Below, in pieces: positions 1 to 12,900 of a stretch of DNA of 64,000 nucleotides (the first letter of the stretch is position 1; each line of letters starts with the position of its first letter). Source of the stretch: Rhynchopus sp. YZ270_cl-10 (lineage: Eukaryota); NCBI GenBank assembly GCA_964035575.1, contig OZ037837.1:1798001-1862000 (forward strand). The letters are read 5' to 3'. The notes beneath the pieces are model-generated. The model worked only from the letters and a program-made list of their open reading frames with translations. It was not told the origin of the DNA and did not search any database. The translations under genes were made by a program, and so were the position numbers.

Positions 1-1
1 T

Positions 2-1219
2 GTGTTGTACCACGCACACAACATCGACCGCGTTGCGCACATCATTACATTCCACGTTGAGTCGGTTGCCTGGCTGCTGATTCTTCACCGTGCGACACAC
101 ATTGCGGTCATGCCTGTCGCAGTGCTGATTCTCTGTGCAATGATGGCTGATGGGACACGCTGTGTCCGCATGGCGTTTGTTGCGTTTGTGTACTGGAGTG
201 CTGCTGCGACTGCCGCTGTGTTGTGCCCATACTCTGCGACCGTGGCTGCTTTTTCCATTGTGTGCGGTGCGACCATTCGTTGCTTGGCCCACACCTGCGA
301 TGGACTTCCTCCGGGCATTATGTACGAAGGCGGCTTCGACAAGACCTTTTCCATCGCAAAGGAGCTGCTGAGCGACTGCTTCCACCCGCCGCGTTTGGTG
401 TCCAGGCTGTCCTGGACGCTCCTCTGCACCTTCTTCGGTGTCTGGGCAGAGATGTGGGCGGCGGTTCCGTTCCGCGCAACCAACCCTGGCCTCTACATAG
501 AAATGATTGTTCTGTTCCCTTCGATGAACACCTGCACCTCCGAGGAAGGTGAGCTGGAGACGATCCAATACTACCTCCAGCAGGCAGCCATCATCGAGCA
601 GGACGGCTTCATCGCCTCCGTCTGCAGCCGCGCAGCCTTTGAGGGAGTCGAATACAACGGCTACGAAGGTGACTCATGGACCCCTTCCCTCCCGAAGTGG
701 CTCCCCAACCCATGGTACTGGCTGTTCCTCGCGGAGCTTCCCATCTGCTTTGTGACAGTCCTGATGTGGATGGTCGACCCGGACACATTCCTGCAGGGGG
801 TGTACGGCATCGAAGCGCCGACCCCGGCAGAGCGTGCGCTGTTGAACCTTCCCGCGAACGTTGTCTTCTCTGCATACGTCTGGTTCTACGGACGTCTTCT
901 CCTTCAAGGGAACGACCCTGACATGAAATGCCTGAAGATGCTCCAGGAGGGAATGCTAATTGGCGACATCTGGGTCGTCGCTGCCTCAATCCGCACCGCC
1001 TTCGACGACCAGATCGTACCAGGAAACATGACAATGTTCTACTCTCAGATCGTGACCGCTGGCGCCTTTGGTCTGGCCCGTGTCGTATTTCTCTACAAAC
1101 ACCGTGTTGTCAAACCCGTTGAGACAAAAGACGGCGAAGAAATGGATGAGGACCTCCACCATCTGATCGATATGGACAAAATGAGCGGTATTTCCACATC
1201 GAAAGTTGTGATTGCATAG
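2..1219 (+). CDS. Hypothetical multipass membrane protein, 5'-partial (true start upstream of or near the window edge)
   Basis: 405-codon open frame in a GC-rich island with C-ending codon bias. Several hydrophobic segments, including about 4 TM helices in the C-terminal 150 aa. Composition drops abruptly to AT-rich after the TAG at 1217-1219. Confidence 0.75.
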   Translation: MLYHAHNIDRVAHIITFHVESVAWLLILHRATHIAVMPVAVLILCAMMADGTRCVRMAFVAFVYWSAAATAAVLCPYSATVAAFSIVCGATIRCLAHTCDGLPPGIMYEGGFDKTFSIAKELLSDCFHPPRLVSRLSWTLLCTFFGVWAEMWAAVPFRATNPGLYIEMIVLFPSMNTCTSEEGELETIQYYLQQAAIIEQDGFIASVCSRAAFEGVEYNGYEGDSWTPSLPKWLPNPWYWLFLAELPICFVTVLMWMVDPDTFLQGVYGIEAPTPAERALLNLPANVVFSAYVWFYGRLLLQGNDPDMKCLKMLQEGMLIGDIWVVAASIRTAFDDQIVPGNMTMFYSQIVTAGAFGLARVVFLYKHRVVKPVETKDGEEMDEDLHHLIDMDKMSGISTSKVVIA

Positions 1220-2359
1220 AAAAAATATATAAAAAAATCTCATAAAAAAAGTCAAAAAATAAAATTGACTTTTGACTTGGGTGTTGACTTACCCATACAA
1301 TTATTTCCACGCATTTTTTTTGTATTGTAGTAGGTGACTAAGCAACCGAAGCTTAGCATCCGGGTTTTTTTTTTCCGACATTTTTCATTTATTTCACTCA
1401 TAGACTGAGTACTCTTGGGTGGGGAAAGTGGCCCTTCCTCCCAAATTTTATGTGTATTCAAGGTGATACAAGCATGAGAGAGGCTTGAGGTCATCTTAGA
1501 AAAAAAAATTTTTTTTTTTTGATTTTTTTTTTTTTGGCCAAACCACCTTCTCCACTCCCCCTATATCTTTATATCCTCGTTTCCTCTCCAAAACCCCCCC
1601 TTTTCCCCCCAATTTTTTTTTGAAAAGTTGTGTGTTGCATCAGGCGCATCGCTTCTTGTCAAATAATCCATTTTTATTGATATTTTTTTTTTTACTATTT
1701 TACTCCCCTCCACTCCCCCGCGTTTTCTATACTCCCTCATCCCCGAAAAAAAGTATTTTTTTTGATTTTTTTTCCCCAAACCTCCAAAAAAAAAAAAGTT
1801 AAAAATCTTTCCATTCTTTCCTTCGCACCCCCACCCCTTCTCCTTATATCCCTACTAAGCGCAACTAAGAGTAAACTGTATCAGATTCTATAGCGACCAT
1901 AAAAGACATGCCTTTGTTCTCCCGATTTTAAATGACTAAATTCTGGTTCAATTGGCAAAGGTGTGTTATGGCCGTATTGTGTGGTACATTTTTTGTTTCT
2001 TCTTTTTTTTTTTAGAGCTTTAGTTGTCTGCGTGCTTTTTTTGTTTCTTCTTTTTTTTTTTTTTGAAATCATGTAAACGCATTCATTTTTATCTACGACT
2101 CGTTTTGTGGCGTAACGTTTCCTCTGCCTTTGTTCTGAGGTGACTTTCATCTATCAACAATTCTAACATCCAAAAAAAAAAAAAAAAAAGCAAGGGTACA
2201 TTTTTGGCACCCTCTTTGCCTTCTTTTCGTTCAGAAAAGAAAGTATATGAAGTAGGGAAAGGAAACCCGATGTCCTAATGCGTGTCTGCAAATAAAAAAA
2301 GAAATGTGTTTCTATGGTATCAGAGTTTCAGCTCCAATTGTAAAAGTAAATGTTGGAGT

Positions 2360-3234
2360 CAGTGGTCGCGCTAATTATGGGAAAAAATGGGGAAAAAATG
2401 GATTTCGGGTACGGAAAAACGTTCCTTGAAAAGGTTAGCTGGGGAGGCCCGGAAACCCCGTTTTGTGGCATTTCCGGGCCAATCCCGGCTTGTGGTGGGG
2501 TATATACGGAAAAATGGACAAAATTTTAGTGACTTAAATTTTCGCAAAATATGAACCCATACTCGTAAACAAGGGTCATTTTCAGGAAAATTCGGAAAAT
2601 TCCGAGATTTGGAAGCAATTTTTCTCCTGAAAATCAGTGGGTTTTCAGCCCCAAAACATACCGCGATTGGAATTTCCGGAATCCGTCCGCGCTGTGGTGG
2701 GGTCACTTTGCCGAAATGGCCAATTTTTTGGTTTTGGTCAAAATCCATGTGGGTAAAGAGGGCCAATGTAAATCCCACAACCAGATTTTCTCTCCCTGAT
2801 CCTGACGTCTTGCAACATGAAAATGCGCGAAAACACCGGCATTTGCATTTCCGGAATTCGTCCGTTCTGTGGTGGGGTCAATTTGCCGAAATGGACAAGT
2901 TCTTGGTTTTGGTCAAAACCCGTCAGTGTAAGGTAAAGGGGGCAAGTGTTTGCCTGTAGAAACTGGTAGGGAACAGGCAGCGCCGCAGGCGCACGGTACC
3001 CAACTTTTTTTTTTTTTTTCCTTTTCTTTTTTCTCCTCTTTCTTTTGACTTTCCGAGCCAATTGCGTTCCACGGCGGGGTCACATGTATATGCAAGTCCA
3101 CTATGTGGTGGTCTTACTCAACAATATTAGAACTTCTGGTTTCTTAATGAAATCCCCGTACTGCAAAAAAAAAACGTTCCTACCAAAACCCCCAAAAATC
3201 CCGGGATGAGGGATGGACTTTAGCGCGAGCTCTG
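2360..3234. mobile_element. Non-autonomous hAT-like element, 875 bp
   Basis: Imperfect TIR CAG(TGG/AGC)TCGCGCTAA; 8-bp TSD GTTGGAGT at 2352-2359 and 3235-3242. Confidence 0.85.
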
Positions 3235-4007
3235 GTTGGAGTTTGTTTTTTTTTTTTTTTTTTGCGAAAAGCAAGTTCTGAACTAAAAACCAAAAAATGG
3301 TTTTTTAAGGATGAATTTCATCCAGAACTTCACCAAAGTTTTCCTCTCCTTTTTTTTTTTTTTTTTTTTTGGAAAAAAAAAATGGGGGAAAGTGGGTTTT
3401 TGGCTTCTTCCCATCATTTTTTTTCTCAAAAAAAGTAAGTTTTTGGAACGAACAAAATTTGACTAAATAGTAAAACAGTATACTCCATCGGGAGGACAGA
3501 GTGGGGGACGTGTTTTTTTTTTTTGCAAAAATGCGAAAGCATTTTTTTTTTTTTGCCCCGTTCCCCTTCCTCCTCCGCAAGTAGAAATAGGACGAGAAAA
3601 AGTATATTTTACCAAGGATGGTGTTACCGAACACCTGTCGAGGACATGTCAATATGGGCCCTTTCGGTAACACCAAAGGATCGTGGTTCAATTTTTACAG
3701 TATCAAGGTGGGCAGTATTCTTTTTTCTGGGAGACTTTCGGGGATGAAATTTTTTTTTTTCAACTCTGCTCCCGAAATGTTCACCTCCACCTCGTGAGTT
3801 GTAATCGTACACCATAATTGGTGTGGCTGAAAAGGGGTGCTATTTTTTGTGCTACTTTCTGCTGTTTTGGGGTCGTCAGCCACACCAATAATAGTATCAA
3901 TATCAATTTTTTTTCTTCTTCTTATAGCTAGCTATGTAGTTGTGGTGTGATCTGGAGTGCGACGAAGCGATAAACCCCCCCCCTATTCTTGGTTTCTTTC
4001 TTGTATA

Positions 4008-4117
4008 CAGTTAGACAACAAACACCGGGTGGGGTAAAAAAAACTAAGGTGGGTTTTTTTGGAATTTTCAAAACTCTAAGGAAGGGTTTGTTTACCCCCA
4101 CCGATGTTGTCTTACTG
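4008..4117. mobile_element. Tc1/mariner-type MITE (second copy 39617-39715)
   Basis: TIR CAGT(T/A)AGACAACA..CGGTGGGG.TAAA flanked by TA; near-identical copy at 39617-39715 also TA-flanked. Confidence 0.8.
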
Positions 4118-4979
4118 TACTTATGAAGCGTAGCTTAAAGGAGAAATAGTTCCTTCGACACGTTCGCCAATCACCCCCCTCCAGGGTAATTGAGCGAGCA
4201 ACGAAAAGCAACCTTTTTCCCCTTTTTTTTTACCTATCAGAGTTACTATTTTGTATTTTTATTGCTTTCGAGAAGGCATATATCCCTGTATGCATTCCCT
4301 CAAGAAAATGATTGGATCAATGATGCATCGTTTCTTTCTTTTTTTTTTTTTTTTCAGAAATTCACTAACTCCAGTTGTTATATAGCCTAAATTTTTCTTT
4401 TGCTAGTGCCCCCATGCGTCCTCCGGTGGTGAGGCGTTTGCACTTCAAACATTCCTTTCTTGTTCTAATTCTGCCGCTTTCTTTTTATGCCTATTTTTTA
4501 TTGAATACATACATTCAAATACTTTTTTTCGCAGAAATTTTTTTTTCTTTTTCTTTTTTTCGAGCTGTTCGGATCGTCGTTATTCGTAATGCTCTCTGCT
4601 CTCTTCTTCTACAACTCACTGGTTTATTTTTTGCATTCATTTAAAGACTGGCATCGGGTCTGTCGAGGTGCATTAATAGCTTACATTTCCTTCAAGGTGA
4701 CTCAGCACGAGAGGCTTAGGTTCATCTTATAAACTTTTTTTTTCTTTTTTCACACCGTTGTTCATGGCTGTGTAACTTAAGCTAAAAAAAAAACTTAAGT
4801 TTTCTCCGAAATCCTCCGGAAAATTTAAGCGACTTAAGCTACTGAAAAAAAAAACTTAAATTAAAAAACTTAAGTTTTCGAGAAAAAAACTTAAGTTTTT
4901 TTAGAAAAAAAACGTAACTTAAGTTTTTTTTAAAAAAAAACAGCTTAAGTTACCAACTTAAGTCACTTAAGTTAGCTTA

Positions 4980-5718
4980 CTGGGGGGGGTCGAATAAAGC
5001 ACGTACGTGTTTTATTAGGCGTCCCTACACTTCAGATCCTGAGGTTTTAAAAAAAAAAAAGTTCGAAAAGGCGAATAAAGCACGTACGTGCTTTATTCGC
5101 CTTTTTGAACTTTTTGGAAAGTTTTTCCAGTCACAATTTTTTTTCGATTTTTTTTTCGCCCAAGAGGTGATTTTGCTGCATTTCCGAGCCAATCCCGGCT
5201 TGTGGTGGGGGATATACGGAAAAATGAACAAAATTTCAGCGACTTAAATTTTCACAAAATACGAACTACCTTGTCACAACACAGGAAAAGTTCAAAAAGT
5301 CGAATAAAACACGTACGTGCTTTATTCGACGCAAAAAAAAGCAAAAAACCCATTTTTCAAATGCGTGCTTTATTCGACGTACGTGCTTTATTCGCCTTTT
5401 TGAACTTTTTGGAAAGTTTTTCCAGTCACAATTTTTTTTCGATTTTTTTTTCGCCCAAGAGGTGATTTTGCTGCATTTCCGAGCCAATCCCGGCTTGTGG
5501 TGGGGGATATACGGAAAAATGAACAAAATTTCAGCGACTTAAATTTTCACAAAATACGAACTACCTTGTCACAACACAGGAAAAGTTCAAAAAGTCGAAT
5601 AAAACACGTACGTGCTTTATTCGACGCAAAAAAAAGCAAAAAACCCATTTTTCAAATGCGTGCTTTATTCGACGTACGTGCTTTATTCGAATTACCTCGT
5701 TTATTCGGCCCCCCCCAG
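4980..5718. mobile_element. Tc1/mariner-type non-autonomous element with internal 295-bp tandem duplication
   Basis: TIR CTGGGGGGGG..CGAATAA flanked by TA (4978-79, 5719-20). Internal direct repeat with 295-bp period (e.g. 5202 vs 5497). Repeated AATAAA(G/A)CACGTACGTG motif. Confidence 0.8.
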
Positions 5719-6220
5719 TAAGTTACAGTTTTTTTTGTTTTTTTTTTTTTTTTTTTGTTTTTGCTTGGACGATGAACTTCACTGAAGGGGCCGGATACCC
5801 GTAGTTTCCTGATGCAGCATCCCTACTGAAAATTCCAAATGAGGGTGACCACCCAATCAAATCGGACTTATCACTGCACCCGCGTGCGGTCAAGTGCACA
5901 CGTGTGGGGCGATTATTCGGAGTAGACATGACAGTGAAATATCGATGGTAAAATGGCTGGTACATGCCAGTCATTTTCCACTTTCCGAAACGTAAATATT
6001 TTGCAACGAAATATTATGATTGGCGTGGCTGCATAACCGATTACCCGTGTTTCTACCAGTTGTCACCCTCATAGGGGATACACGTGTTGGGGGAAAAATT
6101 TTTCGTCGGTGAAGCTTTTAAACGGCGGCATTTGCATTTCCGGAATCCGTCCGGCCAGTGGTGGGGTCAATTTGCCGAAACGTACAAGTTCTCGTTTTTG
6201 GTCAATTTCCGCACAGTACA

Positions 6221-6500
6221 CAGGTACACAGGTACACAGGTACACAGGTACACAGGTACACAGGTACACAGGTACACAGGTACACAGGTACACAGGTACA
6301 CAGGTACACAGGTACACAGGTACACAGGTACACAGGTACACAGGTACACAGGTACACAGGTACACAGGTACACAGGTACACAGGTACACAGGTACACAGG
6401 TACACAGGTACACAGGTACACAGGTACACAGGTACACAGGTACACAGGTACACAGGTACACAGGTACACAGGTACACAGGTACACAGGTACACAGGTACA
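6221..6500. repeat. Perfect minisatellite (CAGGTACA)x35
   Basis: 280 bp of exact 8-mer units; this explains the six spurious YTGTQVHR/CVPVYL ORFs. Confidence 0.97.
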
Positions 6501-6681
6501 TAATCTGTGGTGGTCAAAAGTGCAAAATTCTTTCGTCAATGCATTTTTTGAGGACCTGTTATACCTAGAGAATATGGTCAGATCACTCTTCGGACCACCT
6601 GAAGCTTCACACCCAAGCCAAGCAAAAGGGAAAAAAAAAAAAAAAAAAAAACGATGACTTAAGGTAACTTAAGCGACTTAA

Positions 6682-8088
6682 CCCTTTACGGACCACGACC
6701 GATTTTTTCGATTTGCTAGGATCTTCTCTCCCGTAGGTAAAATGTGATCTGATGCATATTTTTGATCGTACCTGGCCGCAATTGAAAGATTTTGAGCAGA
6801 TCTTTCAAATGGAGCAGAAATCGAAATAAAATGAGAAAAATGGAAAATGGAAAATTGAGGAGAGCTGATATTTTTTTCTGAAAATTTTGAAGAAAAAAAT
6901 TATTCCGGCTGCGCACCTGTTTTTTCGGTTTTCGAAAATGGCTTTATTTGAAAGATCGGTTCAAAATCTTTCAAAAGAAAAAAAAATCGATCAAAAAGTC
7001 CTAGTAGATAATGTCTCACTGCATGGAGAGAAGGTACCAACCAACTACATATACCGTAATTGTACAGAGGTTGGACAGTACAAAAGTTGGGGCTTTTGGG
7101 ACTTTTGGCCAACTTGGCATGGTGCTGAACAAAGGTGAACGCCGCATCCCACGCACATGTAATCTGTTTTCAGACGCCTGTTTCCCAAGCAAGAAGAAGT
7201 TGTCGACCAACACCCTCCTGCCAGTGTCTCTGTACCTTGACCGTGTTGATATAGATTTTGTACCCCTCCCTGTGGCTTTCCGTACCCTCCCGCCGAAATT
7301 TCGAAGGGACCCTCCGAAAAAAATTTTTTTGGTCGCGAAAATCGGTCCAAAAACGGTCTAGATTGCCCCATGCGTGGCATTCCGGGCAATTTGAGGGCAA
7401 TTTGGCGTGCAAGAGCCATGTGTGGGGCACCATGTGCCCCCATGCTGCACCCCTTATACAGGGTTTTTACAGGCAAAAAATGAAAAATGACAGTCGGGCA
7501 CAAAAAGCCACGGATCGGGGCACAAAGTTACATCCCACCCTCCCTTGGCCCTCGGGACTCCTTTCGGGAGGTCAGGGCTTCCCTCGGGCCTTCGGCCCTC
7601 GGGGAGCCCTGACCTCCCTCAAGGGTCCCTCGGGCTTTGGCGGGAGGGAGGGAAATAACCATTCTGTACAATGTTCCTCAAAAGACAAAATGCAATAAAT
7701 ACACGGAGAAGAGGCACATCCAGTTCAGGGTCAGGAACTGCAACTACGCGTGTTACTTTGCCCAGTCGCGGGTATTTTCCATTATTTTAGTTTCGTTCTG
7801 AAGACCGTACAAAATGGTTCCCTGCACACCAAAGTTTGAATCCTCTGATGACTCAAGCGCGTCAGAATGGTACATTATTCCCCAAAAATGACCCAAAATA
7901 CCCTATTATGTGATAATGCCGGGTGTGGATGAGAGGGGATGAGAGCGTCAAAAAAAATCGAATCTTGCGTCTTTTGAAAGATTTCGCACAAAATCTTCTC
8001 ATTTAAAAAAAAAATCTTCAAAAAGTCCTAGTGGAAGCCAATTTAGGTGGTTGCGTGGACATATATGTCCCCTCTGGTCCTTAAAGGG
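6682..8088. mobile_element. piggyBac-like non-autonomous element
   Basis: TTAA at 6678-81 and 8089-92; TIR CCCTTTA(C/A)GGACCA; shares GGACATATATGTCC and GATCGTACCTGGCCGCAATTGAAAGATTTT with the 30428-31798 element in the opposite orientation. Confidence 0.85.
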
Positions 8089-8566
8089 TTAAGTTTTTTT
8101 TTTAAAAAAAACTTAAGTCACTTAAGTTACACAGCCATGGTTGTTGGCCACAGGGTATTTTTTTTTTGTGCTTTCATCCGGATGGCTGGCGTGGGTCAGT
8201 CAAGGCATCTTCAATAACTCCCCCCCTTTTTTAAAATTTTTTGAGTATGCAATACGTCTAGTAATGAAAGACGCGTTTCTTCGCTTAAGTCTTGCTTGAC
8301 TCCGCCCATTCCCCTTTTGTGTTCCACACCCTCTCCGGGTTTTCGGCGTTTTTTGGGTCTTTTAAAAAAAAAGTACCCTTTTGCTTTACTGCATGCAAAG
8401 TAAGAAAATGAATTATTTTTTCTTTTTTTTTCTTTCAAAACTCCCTCTCTCCATAAGAGGCATTGCACCTCAAGAACCACCTTCTCTCCTCCCAATCTCC
8501 GCTATTAACTCAAGTTTTAATTTTGATGACGTGCAATGGGTGCAAGAAAGCACACAAAAAAAAAAC

Positions 8567-8630
8567 TTTTTGTTGTATCGACAATCACGTTATACCAGTA
8601 GGTATAACGTGATTGTCGATACAACAAAAA
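8567..8630. repeat. Perfect 30-bp-stem palindrome (loop AGTA)
   Basis: TTTTTGTTGTATCGACAATCACGTTATACC-AGTA-GGTATAACGTGATTGTCGATACAACAAAAA. Confidence 0.9.
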
Positions 8631-9761
8631 CAAAAAATGTAAAAGGGAGTTCGATTTACCTTACTCTTGAAAAAGTTCAGACTTTCCCTAAGTTTTTGCC
8701 CTAAAATAAGTTCAGACTTTTTCCTATTTTTTTTAAGGGCACGTCTCAGACTCTGAACTTATTTTAGGGAAACTCTGAATTTTTTTCTCAAAATAGTGTA
8801 AATCTGACTGTTCCTCAAAAATAAACACACACTGCGATTTGTATAACGTGGTATGCATCCTCTGAGGTGTGTACACGACGAACAAATACAAAAACAAAAA
8901 TCCCCTTTTTTTCTTTCTCCATTTTTTCTCTTTCTCTTTCCCCAAACCTAAGAAGTGTAGCTATTCTCGCCTTTCAAAAAGGGTGTAAGATTATTGCAAA
9001 ACCCGCCTTCTTCTTTGGTGGGGAATTGTCGTCACAAAAAAAAAATATTCTGGGACTAAGTCACAGGACGAGTCCAAAAATTTAAAAAAAAAAAACACAG
9101 GATATAAGAAACTGCCACACTACACCAAAACAAAATACGTCAGGTGTCCACACTAATACAAACCAAATTGTTACCTATCTCTCTCACAATGGAGTTAGAG
9201 GCGGCAAACACAAAGGTGCTCTGCGCCCTTTTTTTTTATCGGGTCCAAACAAAACAAAACAAAACAAAAAAACGAAAACTAAATAGTGCACCTCATCCTC
9301 GGGAGTCTATTACCTACTACTCAGTTTTAAAATAAAACGAAGCAACAATTCTCTGGGACAGGTCTGAAAGCAAAAAATTGAAAAACGAAAAAAAATCTGC
9401 CCTGTTTCCCAAAAGAGAGGACCATCCTCATTACTAAACACTACCGTTTTTTTTTTCTCTTTCGCCCCCCATTTTTCTCTTTTTCGACTGTTTTTCTTTC
9501 TGTTTCATAACTACATGTTTAACCACCGTTGTTTTTGTAAGAAGATTTTGATATCTTCTGCAGTCGATTGACCGCAACCCACATAAAAAAAGATAAATTG
9601 AACGCCAACCTGAAAGTACCATTTTAAAAACCTCCTTTTTAAAATGTACCTGTATGTGCAGAAGATTGCCTCCCATCTCTTAAAAGAACATTTTTTTTTA
9701 GCTAAAATAACTCTGGGGTTTTGATTCTGAGCAGAACGCGCTCTTTTTTTTTTTTTTTTTT

Positions 9762-9916
9762 ACGCACACTACTTTGTGAGCGGAAAGTGTCACGTCGTTC
9801 ACTCACCCAACCGTGCTCCGCAACACCACCACCCAACAGGTGATTTTTAGTGTGTGTGGAAGCGTCAACGCATCAAACAACTACAAGAAGGGGGGTGAGG
9901 GAACGACAAGTGACAC
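9762..9916 (-). mobile_element. 155-bp Helentron/Helitron2-like non-autonomous element, copy 1
   Basis: Identical to 28662-28816 and 47718-47872. Asymmetric IRs AAAGTGTCAC/GTGACACTTT (one terminal, one about 25 bp internal), terminal hairpin CGCACAC..GTGAGCG, inserted in T runs with no TSD. Confidence 0.75.
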
Positions 9917-12900
9917 TTTTATTTTCTTTCTTTTTACTGATGTAAGGGAGGGGGTTTTTTTTTGCCAATCACCTCCCCCCCCTTTCAGGAGAACTTCTCT
10001 ATTTTTTCTCCTTCCCCGCCGCTTTACTCGTATTTTCTTTCAGTGTCTGCGCCTGACTGAATAGTGAGGCGTTTGCACTTTCGACTTCTCTTTTCTTTTT
10101 AGACCGATGTGCAAAAAAAATAAAAAAAATATATAAATAACCAAAACATGTGTGCAATTACCGATTTAAACTTAGTGGCCTCAAGAGTGAGGCTCGTGAT
10201 CCTAAAGTCGAAACAAAAAAAAACAAAAAAAAAAAAAAAATCGTTTTCACCTCTCCCTTTTTTTTTCCCATTCAACACTTTTCTGTGCTGGTTTAGGGAG
10301 GGGTATTTTTAATAAAATGAAAAAAAACAAAAATTATTTCAACATTTTTTGCGAAATGAAATGAAAAAAAAAGGCTTTCACCCAAAGTGGGTCATTTTTT
10401 TTTATTGTAGACTTACAAGCATTCCCTATATAGTGGGACAAAAGCATCTGTTCAATGTTTGTGCAAGGAGGCATAATCATCTGTTACTAGTAAAAGGTTT
10501 ATTTTTAAATATTATCTGTTGTAATGCGTGGTTTATCACGCAAAATAGTTCAAGGTGACGTTTATTTTTTTATTTTATTTTTTGAATCTAGGTTGTACTC
10601 TGCTTCGGTAACCTCGGATTAGGTTCTTTTCTTTCACTATCAACTTCACTTTCTTTCTCCGAATCTCTTCTAAAAAAAAGCAAAAAAAAAAAAAAAAATG
10701 ATAATCTAAAATTCCCATTGAAAAATCCCCCCTGATCTTCCCCCCTCCTCCTCCCCCCTCCCCCCTCCTGTCTGTGTGTAAGCGTACATCACCCTTATCA
10801 GGATCTATGTTCATTTTGTTTGAACATTTTCATTATTTTATTATTTTTTTTTGACCCGTGTTACATCAACTCAAATCCATATTCATTTCCTCCCCCTCCT
10901 CCCCCCCGTTCCCTCCCCACACACACACTTTTTTTTTTTTTTTTTTTTTGCTCAGATTTTCTTTCCATTTTGCCCTCCCTCTGTTGATTTCTTAAAGAGT
11001 GTGAGGACTCCCCCACCCCCTCCCTTCCCGAGTCGGGGCCAGGCTCATCTTATTTTTAAAAAAAAGTTTTTATTTTGTCCACCAAAAAAAAAAAAAAACC
11101 ATCCACTCCTTTCATCCTTGACAACACATAGGAATTTGATTTTTTAGACCCCACCCCAAGCACAAAACAAACATAACAAAAACTTCATAAAAACCCATTC
11201 AAACACCCCAAGTTTGGTATTAAGGCTCTGCAAAGGTTTGCATGAGTTATTCTAGCTTTTTCTCTGTTTAAAAAAATGTTTTAGAGACCAATTTTCTCTT
11301 TTAATCGAATAGCAAACCCCAACCCAACCTTTAAAAACAAATATTGGAAAAATTCAGTTCTACTAAAATTTTTTTTTCAAAGAACAAAAACTAATACAAA
11401 TTTTCATATTGCCCCCAACCCCCCAATAAAACTCCCTCAACAAAACCCCCCAAAAATATTATTTCTTCTAAAAAAAATATCTCTCATTTCTCTCTGTTGG
11501 AGAAAGACAACAACTCCATTTTTTCTCTTTTCAAAAAAAAAAAAAAGAACATAAAATACATGTCTTGATCAGTTTCTCTCTTATTTTGGAGAGTACTTTC
11601 TATAGGGTCCAAAAACTCATGTTCGTTTTACTGACTCTCTTTTTCTTCTTGTATTTCAGATATTTTTTTTTTTGTGGAAAAAAAAAAAAAAACAAAAACG
11701 GTACTACTTCTTCATCGTTTATGCCCGAATGGTATTATTGAAATCAGCACTTCTCTCTCTCGCTGTAAAAAGGATATCTCATCTCGGATATCTCCAATAA
11801 TACAAAACCAGTTTTTTTAAATAAATTACAAAGACTTCAAACTCATAAGCCGCTTTTTTTGTTATCTATCTCTTCCTCTTCCTAGCCTAAACAAAAGCAA
11901 AATTTCCAGAATTTTTTTTTTGGCAATTTGGCGGCTTTTTTAGACTCTCATTTAGGAGTACTTTTCTTTTACATTTTTCTTTTTATTATCATGATGTAAA
12001 CCACGAAATGTAGGACTGCATGGTTGGGGTGTCCACCCCCCAACCATGCCAAGAATGGAGACTCTTGGCTTCGTTGATGGCAAACTAATTTCTTTTTTAT
12101 GCATAATGTCAACATCGAAATAGAAAAAGGACTGCATGGTTTTGGGGAGGGGTCAACCCCGGTGTACTCAAGGTACACTGTGTCATTGTATTTCAAGTAA
12201 ATTTTCTTTTTTTTTTTTTTTTTTTCTCTTTTTTAAAAAAATGCTGTGCGAGGCCAACACATTCATCTAAATCAGGTGAGAAAAAGGTGACTAAGCAAAA
12301 ACGAGAAGAGGCTTAGGTTCATCTACTATAATTTTCTAATTTTCTTTTTTTCTTCCTCTTCATCTGGGGATGCGTTCCCTTACCCGTTAGTGAGATATTT
12401 TTTTTTTTCTTCAAAATTGTTGACGCGTTTGCGTCAACAATTTTTTTCAACTCTTTCTTCTTTTTGAGATATAGAGATGTGTGCCCGAGAGTGCACATTC
12501 ATCTTCAAAAATAAATAGTTTCTTCTTTTTTTTAAAAATTCCTTTCTATCGCAAGAATGCGCCCATTCTTTTCTAATTTATTTTTAAAATGATGTGCGCC
12601 AATGAGAAGCACATTCATTTCTTCGAGTTTCCCTCTTTTTTCAATTTTTTTTTATTTAAATTTTTCTTTGATTTCACCTGAAAACGGTCAGCTACCGTTA
12701 CTTTTTTTTTTTCTTTTTGAGGAATTTGGAAAGCCTTTCAAAAAAAAAGGTTTATATTTCCACTTTTTTGCTGTTTATTGTGCGATGTTTAACCTATATT
12801 GCGCGGAATACTTTATGTATACACGGCAGCCCAACTCAACACCGGATTTTTTTAGGCTATTTAGCCTTCCGGTGCAGCATACAGGACTTTCCTGAAAAGC

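Larger units (their letters stand above)
4763..8139. mobile_element. CATGG-ended non-autonomous DNA transposon with 6-bp TSD, host of three nested insertions
   Basis: TIR CATGGCTGTGTAACTTAAG / CTTAAGTTACACAGCCATG; GTTGTT duplicated at 4757-4762 and 8140-8145; subterminal CTTAAG repeats at both ends. Confidence 0.85.

Noticed and set aside
6069..6657. Repetitive ORFs (YTGTQVHR, CVPVYL)
   Set aside because: Translations of the stop-free CAGGTACA satellite.
12413..12444. Palindrome AAAATTGTTGACGC-GTTT-GCGTCAACAATTTT
   Set aside because: Real but single, with no family or context to support a call.
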